Positions 1-9,596 of a DNA stretch of 64,000 nt are shown here, in pieces. Position 1 is the stretch's first letter. Each line of letters starts with the position of its first letter. The translations under genes and the position numbers were made by a program. The notes beneath the pieces are model-generated. The model did no database searches. It was not told where the DNA came from and saw only the letters and a program-made list of their open reading frames with translations. Origin of the DNA: Escherichia coli (lineage in GTDB: Bacteria > Pseudomonadota > Gammaproteobacteria > Enterobacterales > Enterobacteriaceae); the NCBI RefSeq assembly GCF_016026235.1, contig NZ_CP065613.1. The stretch is one strand, 5' to 3'.

Positions 1-1
1 C

Positions 2-283
2 CAGCATTACGGCCTTACACTGAATGACACACCGTTTGCCGATGAACGTGTGATTGAGCAGCATATTGAGGCAGGCATTTCACTGTGTGATGCGGTGAAT
101 TTTCTCGTGGAAAAATACGCGCTGGTGCGTACCGACCAGCCGGGATTCAGCACCTGTCCCCGCTCTCAGTTAATAAACAGTATTGATATCCTCCGGGCTC
201 GCCGGGCGACCGGCCTGATGGCCCGCGACAATTACAGAACGGTAAATAACATTACCCTGGGTAAGCATCCGGAGAAACGATGA
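2..283 (+). CDS. CbtA/YeeV/YpjF-family type IV toxin, 5' end outside the window
   Basis: Frame continues open from base 2 and reads [49 protein letters not shown]..., matching recalled YeeV/YkfI/YpjF toxins; the track ORF 50..283 is the internal-Met portion. Confidence 0.6.
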   Translation, partial: QHYGLTLNDTPFADERVIEQHIEAGISLCDAVNFLVEKYALVRTDQPGFSTCPRSQLINSIDILRARRATGLMARDNYRTVNNITLGKHPEKR

Positions 284-768
284 AACTTTCCCTGATGCTG
301 GAAGCCAGCAGCATTAACGTGCGGACGCTGAACATGGGGCGCATTGTCGTTGACGTCGATGGTGTTAATCTCGCTGAACTGATTAACGTGGTCTGCGACA
401 ATGGTCACTCCCTTCGTGTTGTTGATGAATCTGACCGGGTCTCAACAGACTGCACGCCACCATTTGCTGCCCTGACCGGCATACGCTGCAGTACCACGCA
501 TATCACTGCAAAGGACAACGCCTGGCTGTACTCGCTGTCACACCAGACCAGTGACTTCGGTGAATCAGAATGGATTCATTTCACAGGTAGCGAATATCTG
601 TTACGTACCGATGCATGGTCGTACCCGGTTCTGCGGCTTAAACGCCTGGGCCTGTCAAGAACGTTCCGTCGTCTGGTCGTCACTCTCACCCGGCGTTATG
701 GCGTCAGTCTCATTCATCTGGACGCCGGCGCAGAATGTCTGCCGGGTTTACCCACTTTCGACTGGTAA
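280..768 (+). CDS. hypothetical protein, island-associated, immediately downstream of the toxin gene
   Basis: 162-aa ORF whose start overlaps the toxin stop by 4 nt (ATGA coupling); no motif recognised. Confidence 0.4.
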   Translation: MKLSLMLEASSINVRTLNMGRIVVDVDGVNLAELINVVCDNGHSLRVVDESDRVSTDCTPPFAALTGIRCSTTHITAKDNAWLYSLSHQTSDFGESEWIHFTGSEYLLRTDAWSYPVLRLKRLGLSRTFRRLVVTLTRRYGVSLIHLDAGAECLPGLPTFDW

Positions 769-787
769 TCAGGACAAAAGACACTGG

Positions 788-976
788 ATGAAATTATTAA
801 CCACAGAAACGGCGCTGGATATTCTGATTGCGTGGCTGCAGGACAATATCGACTGCGAATCGGGGATTATCTTTGACAACGATGAGGATAAAATGGATTC
901 AGCAGCACTGTTGCCCTGTATTGAGCAGGCCCGGCAGGATGTCCGTACCCTGCGTCATCTGCACCAGAACCGGTGA
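788..976 (+). CDS. small hypothetical protein (62 aa)
   Basis: Internal ATG of track ORF 551..976, beginning after the stop of the upstream ORF; acidic small protein of the kind found beside CbtA-type modules. Confidence 0.3.
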   Translation: MKLLTTETALDILIAWLQDNIDCESGIIFDNDEDKMDSAALLPCIEQARQDVRTLRHLHQNR

Positions 977-1060
977 ATCTCACTCATCATACTTCATTCC
1001 ACTGACGCCAGCCTGAACAGGGCTGGCGTTTTCATTTATCTGCAAAAAGGAATATCGATT

Positions 1061-1903
1061 ATGTCTGATATCACAGCCTCCCGTCCGGAAGTGGTCAACG
1101 GGCATACGGAAGTTATCTGCTCAACCAGTATCCACCACATTCTGGCTGTACGAAAAAGTACACTGCTGCAAATCGACACACTTATCCGGCAACTGGCTGA
1201 AATCTCAGTTCTGACGGAAAGCATTGGAGGTAAAACCACCCGGGACTGGGCCATGAAACAGAATTTTCGCTGCGGCTGCTGGCTCATGGAGAAACCTGAA
1301 ACGGCAATGAAAGCCATCACCCGCAACCTTGACCGTGAAATCTGGCGTGACCTGATGCAACGTTCCAGGATGCTTTCCTTAATGGATGCGCAGGCCCGTG
1401 ATACATGGTACCGGTCACTGGAGTACGATAATTTTCCGGAAATCAGCGAAGCGAACATTCTGAGCACATTTAAACAACTGCACCAGAATAAGGATGAGGT
1501 GTTTGAGCGGGGAGTGATCAACGTCTTCAGGGGACTGAGCTGGAATTATAAAACCAACTCTCCCTGTAAATTTGGAAGTAAAATCATTATCAACAATCTG
1601 GTGAGATGGGACCGGTGGAGATTTCATCTTATCACCGGACAACAGACTGACCGACTCGCCGATCTGGAAAGAATGCTACATCTGTTCAGCGACAAACCGA
1701 TTCCCGACAACCGGGAAAACATCACTATTCGTCTGGATGGTCACATCCAGTCCGTTCAGGGTAAAGAGCGCTATGAAGACGAAATGTTCATCATTAAATA
1801 CTTTAAGAAGGGATCTGCACACATCACTTTCAAAAGGCTGGAACTGATTGACAGAATTAACGATATAATAGCTAGGCACTTTCCTTCTGAGCTCTCAGCC
1901 TGA
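1061..1903 (+). CDS. hypothetical protein, island-associated (possibly DUF4942-like)
   Basis: 280-aa ORF with its own ATG after a short intergenic gap; family assignment is from memory of island gene order only. Confidence 0.45.
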   Translation: MSDITASRPEVVNGHTEVICSTSIHHILAVRKSTLLQIDTLIRQLAEISVLTESIGGKTTRDWAMKQNFRCGCWLMEKPETAMKAITRNLDREIWRDLMQRSRMLSLMDAQARDTWYRSLEYDNFPEISEANILSTFKQLHQNKDEVFERGVINVFRGLSWNYKTNSPCKFGSKIIINNLVRWDRWRFHLITGQQTDRLADLERMLHLFSDKPIPDNRENITIRLDGHIQSVQGKERYEDEMFIIKYFKKGSAHITFKRLELIDRINDIIARHFPSELSA

Positions 1904-2049
1904 TCCCGAATGCGATTTCCTTTCGATATCAAAAGGGATTGCGGGTATAATTGAGGGTACATTTTTAATCAAACCAAATAAATTAGATTAATATCAATAT
2001 GATAAAAGAAATTTTCGATTCCGAGTCCGGCACCACTAATTCTTAAGAA

Positions 2050-2072
2050 CCCGCCCACAAGGCGGTTTTTTG
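2050..2072 (+). terminator. Rho-independent terminator-like hairpin
   Basis: cccgcc / cacaa / ggcgg stem-loop followed by tttttt, downstream of the 1061..1903 gene. Confidence 0.5.
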
Positions 2073-2126
2073 CTTTTGGATCTGACAATAACCTTCACGA
2101 AAAAAATTAGCTTATAAAGTCTGGGG

Positions 2127-2160
2127 GAATTACTCTCGCCACGTTAACGAGAGTAATTTT
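2127..2160. terminator. hairpin downstream of gspM (candidate operon terminator)
   Basis: Inverted repeat aattactctcg / cgagagtaatt followed by tttt, located 3' of the gspM stop. Confidence 0.3.
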
Positions 2161-2183
2161 ATTGATATTAATCTCCTGATACT

Positions 2184-2720
2184 TTACCCCCGTCCAAACT
2201 CCAGCCGCTGCACATTCACCATCCCAGGCTTCTCAGCAGCACTGACATCAATTTGTGTCACCCGCAGCGCATATTTTTCATCCAGTGCGTTTAACCATTT
2301 CAGCAGGTCATTAAACACCACAGGTTCTATCCAGACCTGAATATTCTCCCCACGCTCGGCTATCCGCCTGATGACCACCGAGTGCGCGGAAGCACTGTCA
2401 CTGATGACCCGCGATACCTGCGCAGGAGTTGTTGTGGCAGATTTTCGCGCTGCAATAATATCCGGCGCGGCGTTCTTCAGTCGGGTGTTCATTGCCACCA
2501 GCTGCTGCAACATCGTCTCCTGTTGTTCTATCTGTTCGCTCAACGGCTGCCAGATGAGGACGTAATATCCGACGCTAAACAGGAACACCACCGCTGCCAG
2601 TAACATGCCCTTTTCACGCGGAGAACGCCCCGCCAGGTGTTGTGCCAGCCAGTGTTCGCCACGGCTTAACTGGCGTTCACGCCATTGCTGAAAATAGTGA
2701 ATAAATTTATCGCGTAACAT
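2184..2720 (-). CDS. gspM: type II secretion system protein M
   Basis: 178 aa with an N-terminal membrane anchor, last gene of the colinear gsp block; position and size fit GspM. Confidence 0.75.
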   Translation of the reverse strand: MLRDKFIHYFQQWRERQLSRGEHWLAQHLAGRSPREKGMLLAAVVFLFSVGYYVLIWQPLSEQIEQQETMLQQLVAMNTRLKNAAPDIIAARKSATTTPAQVSRVISDSASAHSVVIRRIAERGENIQVWIEPVVFNDLLKWLNALDEKYALRVTQIDVSAAEKPGMVNVQRLEFGRG

Positions 2721-2721
2721 G

Positions 2722-3900
2722 TTATTTCCTCCGCAACGTTACGCCGCCGGAAACCGCATCACCCTCTTTCTGTAACGCGTCCTGTTGCACAACATAATCG
2801 GTTGCCAGTGCACTACGCAGTTTGTCGAAACTGGCAAAGTTTGCTGCCCGCAACTGGAGGTGAAGCGTCTGGCGTTTTTGATCAAAGGTGAAACCACGCA
2901 TCTCGATGTCGGAAAGTGACGCTGATTTCAGGGTGCTTGCTATCGCTGACAACTCGGCGAGCAGCCGGGTATCGTCGGCCTGTGGGCGATATTTTTTCAG
3001 CGCCATCGTCACCTGAGAGCGTAAATTCACAATCCGCTTCTGCTCTGGGAACAACGTTAAGAACTGTTTCTCCGCCTGGTCGCGGCTTTGCGTCACCTGT
3101 TCGCTGACGCTCCATAACGTCACGCCCCGTTCCACTGCCAGCGCAACCAGAATCAGCAATATCGGCAGAATCATCACCCGCCAGCGCGCCCACTGTTTTC
3201 GGTAGCTGACGCGAGGCTGCCACGGCCCTGTTAGCAGGTTCCCTTCCGGTTCGCCATAAGTGGTAATGGCGGGCAGAGCCGTAACGGTCAGGCGTTCAGC
3301 ATCTGCGCCAGCCCATGCTGATAGCTCTTCCGGTGCAATGCCGACTACCGTTAGCGAAAGCGGTAAATCCTGCTCATTGAGCTGGGCGCGGAACATGACC
3401 GGAGCCAGCGCCCGCCCGGCGCTCCATCCCCGGCATTCATCGATGCGGCAGATAACCCGTTGCGCATCGCCAGCCATAAATCCACAAGGAATAGACATCC
3501 AGTCTGGCGCGACGGTAGCGCGGGTGATGCCGTTTTCCTGCAACCACTGCGCAATGTTGCGCATATGCTGTTGGTGAATCACTGCCACGGTTGCCAGTTG
3601 CTGGTCGATTTTCAACGGGGCGAAATGCAGTTCATCGATATCCTGGTTCAGCTCTTCTTCCAGTAAGGCGGGCAGAATAGTTGGTATCTGCTTGCGAGGG
3701 ACATCAGGCAGTTCAACCTGCCAGATGCTGATCCATTCGCCGGGAATGTAGAGTCGAATCGCATCAGTTTGCAGCCATTGCTGGAGCTGTTCGTCAGCAA
3801 CGTCAGGCCAGATACCGTGCTCCACGTCGGGTGTACGGCGCTGCCAGCGGACGGTATCGGAGGCGCAAAGCGGGAAAAAAATCTCAAGGATGGAACTCAC
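2722..3900 (-). CDS. gspL: type II secretion system protein L
   Basis: 392 aa with one central transmembrane segment, between gspK and gspM. Confidence 0.75.
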   Translation of the reverse strand: MSSILEIFFPLCASDTVRWQRRTPDVEHGIWPDVADEQLQQWLQTDAIRLYIPGEWISIWQVELPDVPRKQIPTILPALLEEELNQDIDELHFAPLKIDQQLATVAVIHQQHMRNIAQWLQENGITRATVAPDWMSIPCGFMAGDAQRVICRIDECRGWSAGRALAPVMFRAQLNEQDLPLSLTVVGIAPEELSAWAGADAERLTVTALPAITTYGEPEGNLLTGPWQPRVSYRKQWARWRVMILPILLILVALAVERGVTLWSVSEQVTQSRDQAEKQFLTLFPEQKRIVNLRSQVTMALKKYRPQADDTRLLAELSAIASTLKSASLSDIEMRGFTFDQKRQTLHLQLRAANFASFDKLRSALATDYVVQQDALQKEGDAVSGGVTLRRK

Positions 3901-4874
3901 TCACTTTCTCCTGTCTGATGCCAGAGAACCGAAAAGTGTTGTGGGCCCATGCGGACAATTAACGAATTCATCGTCAGTTCAATCTCATTCACGGTGATAT
4001 CTGAACGCAGCCAGAAGTAATTGCTGTCCACGCTCAGGACGGTTTTTAGCTGTTTTTTAGTACGCTCATCAACGTCAGCAAGTAGCGGCTGAGCAAGAAA
4101 CTGATCGACATCTTCCCAGCCCTTCGCCGGACGTTGTTGTAATAACGCCCGCGCCTGAACAGGGCTTAACCACGGGTCAAACAGCGCCTCAAGAATCACA
4201 CTTTGCGTGACGTCTAAGGTATTGATGTTGATTTGCTGGCGGGTCATCGGCAGCGCACAGACCAGCGGTTTCAGTTTTTGATAAAGTCCGGCGTCCATTC
4301 CCTGTACCACGCGCATCTCACTGATATCAGCCAGCGGTTGATTGGCGGCGTAGAAAGGCACCGAGCGGGCGAGATACTCGCTGTCTTCACGGCCCAGACG
4401 TGTCTGCACGCTGCGGTCCTCGTCAATAAACTCCCACAGGCTTTCGGCTATCAGTTCGGCCCGATAAGCAGGCACATCCAGGCGCGAGATCAGGGCAATC
4501 AACTGTTGTACCTCAAGCGGACGCGACGCCGTTGTCGGCTGAGCAAGGGCATTCAGGTTAAAGCAAGCCTGTGCGTCACGCAGGGTGACCGCAATTTGCC
4601 CCTGCGGCAGAGGGAAGAAACGAGGGCCGGATGCCCACGGCTGTGCCAGATGCACGCGCTTTTCATTTTTCAGGCTCAGACTGAGCGCGCTCAGCGCCAG
4701 GCTTTCCGCACTGGCGCTGTACCACAGCGCCTGCTGGTACTCCTGCTGGCTGCGCGTTCGCCCAAGTTGTTGCTGCATCCGCCCGGAAAGCGTGATGGTT
4801 ACCAGCATCATAACCGCCAGCAATACCAGCACCACGACCAGTGCCATTCCGCGTTTTGGTGGTGAGGTGATCAT
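3897..4874 (-). CDS. gspK: type II secretion system minor pseudopilin K
   Basis: 325 aa with N-terminal hydrophobic segment MALVVVLVLLAVMMLVTI; its stop overlaps the gspL start by 4 nt. Confidence 0.75.
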   Translation of the reverse strand: MITSPPKRGMALVVVLVLLAVMMLVTITLSGRMQQQLGRTRSQQEYQQALWYSASAESLALSALSLSLKNEKRVHLAQPWASGPRFFPLPQGQIAVTLRDAQACFNLNALAQPTTASRPLEVQQLIALISRLDVPAYRAELIAESLWEFIDEDRSVQTRLGREDSEYLARSVPFYAANQPLADISEMRVVQGMDAGLYQKLKPLVCALPMTRQQININTLDVTQSVILEALFDPWLSPVQARALLQQRPAKGWEDVDQFLAQPLLADVDERTKKQLKTVLSVDSNYFWLRSDITVNEIELTMNSLIVRMGPQHFSVLWHQTGESE

Positions 4875-4876
4875 GA

Positions 4877-5476
4877 TTATTGCGGCCCGCGTAACAACCA
4901 GATGCGTTCAATCTCGCCCCATTGCGGCGAATGCAGAGTCATGCGCACTGCCACAGGGATCGCCTGTACTGACGACCAGCTCTCCTGCCAGCGCGTACCA
5001 TCATAGAACTGCAAACGGAGCGAATCCGCCGGAATCAACTTTTGCATTGTCGGCTTCACGCTGCCTGCGGCATCGGTCAGCGGCCAGGCTAACCGTTCGA
5101 GATAACCGTCATGAATGCGGTAACCGACGGTGAGCAGATTGCTGCGTGGCAGACGCATCAACGGGTTAACCACACCGCCGCGCACAAAACGCATTCCTTC
5201 ACTCTCAGACGCCAGCACGCCAGCGCCAGCCAGTAAAGCTGGTTCACGCTGGCCCTGATCGCCTCTTACCGGACGCGGCATCATTTGGGTCAGATCGTGG
5301 GTCAGAAAACTCATCGTTTGCTGCATGAGGTTTAGTTTTTGATCGTGATCGGCGACGGCGCTATTCACGCGCGTGACGCCGTTAGTCACCTGCTGCGCCA
5401 TCAGTGCCAGCGAGGCAAAAATGGCAATTGCCACCAACATTTCCAGTAACGTGAAACCAGCGCGAGTCCTTCTCAC
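4877..5476 (-). CDS. gspJ: type II secretion system minor pseudopilin J
   Basis: N-terminus RAGFTLLEMLVAIAIFA is a prepilin-peptidase (type IV pilin-like) signal. Confidence 0.8.
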   Translation of the reverse strand: MRRTRAGFTLLEMLVAIAIFASLALMAQQVTNGVTRVNSAVADHDQKLNLMQQTMSFLTHDLTQMMPRPVRGDQGQREPALLAGAGVLASESEGMRFVRGGVVNPLMRLPRSNLLTVGYRIHDGYLERLAWPLTDAAGSVKPTMQKLIPADSLRLQFYDGTRWQESWSSVQAIPVAVRMTLHSPQWGEIERIWLLRGPQ

Positions 5477-5844
5477 TGTTGGCCTCCCACGGCGCTAAAC
5501 CAGGCGCGTCGTGACTGAATCACCGACGAAAAGTCTTCGTGACGGCTGACTTCAATATCCACCGCCTGGAGCAGCGCGTTGCCTGTATTCAATGGGATTG
5601 TTCGCCAGTACCAGCGGCTTCCTGCCATATCGCTCTCGCCCTGATGCCTGACCGCCCGCTGCTCACGGGTCATCAGGTAGAGCAGCGCAGTCTGGTTTTC
5701 AGCTACCCAGCCCGCTACCGTTTTTTCCTCAAGAACGTGCTGATTACTCAGCGCACCGCTGGCAATCTGTAACACCGCCGTGGCAGCCAGCGCAAAAATC
5801 GCCAGCGCGAGCATCACTTCCAGCAAGGTAAATCCGCGCTTCAT
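5473..5844 (-). CDS. gspI: type II secretion system minor pseudopilin I
   Basis: N-terminus MKRGFTLLEVMLALAIFA, prepilin-type leader; 123 aa. Confidence 0.8.
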   Translation of the reverse strand: MKRGFTLLEVMLALAIFALAATAVLQIASGALSNQHVLEEKTVAGWVAENQTALLYLMTREQRAVRHQGESDMAGSRWYWRTIPLNTGNALLQAVDIEVSRHEDFSSVIQSRRAWFSAVGGQQ

Positions 5845-6404
5845 GGCATCCTCTCATCACATTGATTGAGGGATAACGCGCCATCGTGTGCCAGTTTTAC
5901 CGCCCAACATGCGTTTTGCGCCGCCGAGTAGAAGCGCAGCGTAAACGGCGAGACGGGTTCAAAAGGCGAAAAACGGATCTGCGGCGTCTTCTTTTTCGCC
6001 TCTTTTTGCAGCTCCAGTTCAATATCGTGCAGCGTCAGGCGGCGACGTTGCAGCTCCAGCGCATATTCCTTCTGCCAGATATCACTTCCGGGTTGTAACA
6101 GCATCTGCACCTGTTTCGGCACCGTAACCTGTGCTGATAACCGGGTCGCAGAAACGGGCAACCACTGCCCCTGACGACGCTGCATAAACTGGTAGCCAGG
6201 CGGGTCGATTAGCACACCGAGTGTTTTCCCTTCGATCACTGCCCTGTCCTTAAACTGCGCAAAGCGAGTCAGAAAATCCTGCGCCGCTTTTTTCGCGGGC
6301 GATTCAGAATCGGTCGCAAAAGTCTGTACCACGCCCGCACTGGCAAGGCCGATAAGGAAAATCACCAGCATGATTTCCAGAAGTGTGAATCCGCGTTCAG
6401 GCAC
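5841..6404 (-). CDS. gspH: type II secretion system minor pseudopilin H
   Basis: N-terminus ERGFTLLEIMLVIFLIG, prepilin-type leader; 187 aa. Confidence 0.8.
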   Translation of the reverse strand: MPERGFTLLEIMLVIFLIGLASAGVVQTFATDSESPAKKAAQDFLTRFAQFKDRAVIEGKTLGVLIDPPGYQFMQRRQGQWLPVSATRLSAQVTVPKQVQMLLQPGSDIWQKEYALELQRRRLTLHDIELELQKEAKKKTPQIRFSPFEPVSPFTLRFYSAAQNACWAVKLAHDGALSLNQCDERMP

Positions 6405-6407
6405 TGC

Positions 6408-6863
6408 TTACTGAAACTCCTGCAAATTCCAGTTACCGATATCTGCGCCAGCGCCTTCCCCGTTTTCCTGACCATCCGCCCCCAGGGTATAAACATCAAA
6501 CAGCCCTTTTTCACCCGGACTGAGATACTGATAATCATTGCCCCACGGATCCTTTGGCAGTCGTTTAATGTATCCACCAGTACGGTAGTTGCGGGCGTCT
6601 GCCATATTGGCTGGCTGCTGGATCAGCGCCTCAAGCCCCTGCTCGGTAGTTGGATAACGCCCGTTATCCAGTCGGTACATATCCAGTGCGTTTTCCAGCG
6701 CCACGATATCGCTGATGGCTTTTTGCCGATCGGCTTTCTCTTTGTTGCCCAACAGGTTAGGCACCACCAGACTTGCCAGGACGCCAAGAATAACAATCAC
6801 CACCATCACTTCCAGCAGGGTAAAACCTGCCCGTGGTTTTTGTGTGCGGGATAACGAATTCAT
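6408..6863 (-). CDS. gspG: type II secretion system major pseudopilin G
   Basis: RAGFTLLEVMVVIVILGVLASLVVPNL prepilin leader with conserved Glu; start placed at the internal Met (track ORF extends to 6890). Confidence 0.8.
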   Translation of the reverse strand: MNSLSRTQKPRAGFTLLEVMVVIVILGVLASLVVPNLLGNKEKADRQKAISDIVALENALDMYRLDNGRYPTTEQGLEALIQQPANMADARNYRTGGYIKRLPKDPWGNDYQYLSPGEKGLFDVYTLGADGQENGEGAGADIGNWNLQEFQ

Positions 6864-6879
6864 GTGATAACTCCGTAAA

Positions 6880-8103
6880 TTACATTCCAACCATATTGTT
6901 CAGTTGCAGCATCGGCTCGAGGATGGCGATGACGATAAACAACACCACGCCCGCCATCATCACCACCAGCGCAGGCTCAAACAGCCCCAACGCCAGCCCC
7001 ACCTGGGTATCAAATTCCCGTTCCTGGTTAACAGCGGCCTGCTCAAGCATGGTTTCCAGTTCGCCGCTCTGTTCGCCGGAGGCGATCATGTACAGCATCA
7101 TCGGCGGGAACAGGCGCAACTCCGCCAGCGCGGCGCGCAGACTGCTTCCTTCGCGGACGCGATCTGCCGCCAGCAGTAGTTGTTGTTCGACATAGCGATT
7201 TGCCGACACAGCGGCAGCGGTCTGAATGCCTTCCAGTAGCGGAACACTGCTGGCGGTGAGGATGCTTAAGGTGCGGGAAAACCGCGCCGTATTCAGCCCG
7301 CGCGCAACACGCCCCGTCACAGGCAGGCGCAGCACGGTTTTGTCCCAGCGCAGGCGCATCGCAGGATTTTTAAGTAGCCGTTGCCCCAGCACCAGAAGCC
7401 CCAGCAAACCCGCCAGCCAGTAAACGCCGCTGGCCTGTAACGCGTCGCTCATGGCAATAAGCGTGCGGGTTGAGGCGGGTAGCGCGTGTCCGAGATGATC
7501 AAACTGTTCGATGATTTTCGGCACCACTGCCGTCAGCAAAATAGTGACTACGCCCGTTGCCACCACCAGCAGAACCAGCGGATAGAGCATGGCCTGCAAT
7601 AGACGTGATTTCAGGCGCTGTCGCTGTTCGGTGTAATCTGCCAGGCGATTGAGCACCACGTCGAGATGCCCAGATTTTTCTCCGGCAGCAACCATCGAAC
7701 AAAACAGAGAATCAAAGACGCGGGGATGTTCGCGCAGGCTGTCCGACAGGGTGTAACCTTCCTGAATCCGGCTGCGCAGCGCCATTCCGAGGCTTTTTAC
7801 ATGCAGTTTTTCACTTTGCTCACTGACCGCCTGTAAGCAGGTTTCCAGCGGCATTGCTGCCTGTACCAGCGTTGCCAGTTGGCGCGTGAACAGCGCAAGA
7901 TCTGCCGCCGCCACGCGACGATGTGCGTGCCGCCGACGCTGCAACATCCCCCCTGACGAAGTATTCATCCGGGCTTCAATATGCACGGGGATAAGCTCTT
8001 TACCGCGCAACAACTGGCGGGCATGACGCGCGGAATCCGCCTCAATCATACCTTTGGTTTTGCGACCATTACGCTCCAGCGCCTGATAGTAAAACAGTGC
8101 CAT
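6880..8103 (-). CDS. gspF: type II secretion system inner-membrane platform protein F
   Basis: 407-aa polytopic membrane protein in the canonical position between gspE and gspG. Confidence 0.8.
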   Translation of the reverse strand: MALFYYQALERNGRKTKGMIEADSARHARQLLRGKELIPVHIEARMNTSSGGMLQRRRHAHRRVAAADLALFTRQLATLVQAAMPLETCLQAVSEQSEKLHVKSLGMALRSRIQEGYTLSDSLREHPRVFDSLFCSMVAAGEKSGHLDVVLNRLADYTEQRQRLKSRLLQAMLYPLVLLVVATGVVTILLTAVVPKIIEQFDHLGHALPASTRTLIAMSDALQASGVYWLAGLLGLLVLGQRLLKNPAMRLRWDKTVLRLPVTGRVARGLNTARFSRTLSILTASSVPLLEGIQTAAAVSANRYVEQQLLLAADRVREGSSLRAALAELRLFPPMMLYMIASGEQSGELETMLEQAAVNQEREFDTQVGLALGLFEPALVVMMAGVVLFIVIAILEPMLQLNNMVGM

Positions 8104-9596
8104 TACGCCTCCATGGTTACCCGCAGAACTTCATCGAGAGAGGTTTCTCCGGCGAGCACTTTCTCAATGCCGTTGCTGCGGATACCCGCAGAGTGTTGTC
8201 GGACATAACGTTCCAGCTCCAGCTCCCCGGCCTGACGGTGGATCAAATCACGCAATGTGGCATCCACCACGATCAGCTCATGGATGGCAGTCCGTCCGCG
8301 AAAACCTTTGTGATTACAGGCGGGACAGCCCTGTGGATGGTACAGAGTGACGGTACGGGCGTCGGTAATTCCCAGCAGGCGTTTTTCTTCGTCAGTGGCT
8401 GGTGCGGGCTGGCGGCAGTCGGGACACAGCGTGCGAACCAGTCGCTGCGCCATCACGCCCGTCAGACTGGAAGAGAGCAGGAAAGGCTCCACGCCCATAT
8501 CCTGCAAACGTGTGATCGCCCCCACCGCTGTGTTGGTATGCAGCGTGGAAAGGACCAGGTGTCCGGTAAGTGAAGCCTGGACGGCGATTTCTGCGGTTTC
8601 GGTATCGCGGATTTCACCGACCATCACCACATCTGGGTCCTGACGCAAAATCGCGCGCAGCCCACGGGCAAAGGTCATGCCGACGCGGGTGTTAACCTGC
8701 GTCTGACCGATCCCTTCAATCATGTATTCGATGGGATCTTCAACCGTGAGAATGTTGCGCGAATGGTTGTTCAGCTCCTGCAATCCGGCGTACAGCGTGG
8801 TGCTTTTGCCGGAACCCGTCGGCCCCGTCACCAGAAAGATGCCGTGCGGTTTGTGTAACAGCTGGCGCAACTGCGCGGTCAGTTGCTGGCTAAGCCCCAG
8901 ACGCTCCAGCGTCAGGCGGGCCTGGTTTTTGTCCAGCAGTCGCAGCACCACGCGCTCGCCCCAGGCAGAAGGCATGGTGGAGACACGCACGTCAATCGCC
9001 CGGCCGCCCAGCAACAGCGCAATACGTCCATCCTGCGGCACGCGCTTTTCGGCAATGTCCAGCCGCGCCATCACCTTGATACGCGATACCAGCAGCGAGG
9101 CCAGTTTGCGCCCCGGGCGCAGCATTTCATGTAATGTGCCGTCAACACGAAAACGGATCACCAGACTCTTTTCAAATGTCTCGATGTGAATATCCGAAGC
9201 GCCTTCTTTAATCGCCTCTGCCAGCATAGCGTTGATCAGTTTGATGATTGGCGCGTCGTCGTCGCTTTCCAGCAGATCTTCCGTTTCCGGCAGTTCTTCG
9301 GCGAGGGTAAAAAAATCCTCAGCAGAACCGAGATCTTCCATCAACTGGCGAGCTTCGGAAGAGTCCCGCTGCCAGACCGCATTCAGCCGCTGTTCAAATT
9401 CGGCCTCGTCGATTTGCCGCAGCGTAAAGGGCGCGTTCAGCCCCCGCTGCAGCTCCTGCAAAACAGAGAGCGATAGCGGATGAACGTGGAGGATCTCCAG
9501 CGACGCTTCGCACCATGCCACCAGGCTAAACCGACGGCTGAAACTGTAGGGCAGACGCACGGTGTTGGCGGTGGTTTCCTGTGCTACAGGCACCAT
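8103..9596 (-). CDS. gspE: type II secretion system ATPase E
   Basis: Walker [10 protein letters not shown] and a C-terminal CPDC...CPAC tetracysteine motif; 497 aa. Confidence 0.85.
   Translation of the reverse strand: MVPVAQETTANTVRLPYSFSRRFSLVAWCEASLEILHVHPLSLSVLQELQRGLNAPFTLRQIDEAEFEQRLNAVWQRDSSEARQLMEDLGSAEDFFTLAEELPETEDLLESDDDAPIIKLINAMLAEAIKEGASDIHIETFEKSLVIRFRVDGTLHEMLRPGRKLASLLVSRIKVMARLDIAEKRVPQDGRIALLLGGRAIDVRVSTMPSAWGERVVLRLLDKNQARLTLERLGLSQQLTAQLRQLLHKPHGIFLVTGPTGSGKSTTLYAGLQELNNHSRNILTVEDPIEYMIEGIGQTQVNTRVGMTFARGLRAILRQDPDVVMVGEIRDTETAEIAVQASLTGHLVLSTLHTNTAVGAITRLQDMGVEPFLLSSSLTGVMAQRLVRTLCPDCRQPAPATDEEKRLLGITDARTVTLYHPQGCPACNHKGFRGRTAIHELIVVDATLRDLIHRQAGELELERYVRQHSAGIRSNGIEKVLAGETSLDEVLRVTMEA

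Noticed and set aside
551-976. 141-aa ORF overlapping the 280..768 ORF in another frame
   Set aside because: Most of it overlaps the better-supported upstream ORF; only the short portion from the internal ATG at 788 is kept, at low confidence.
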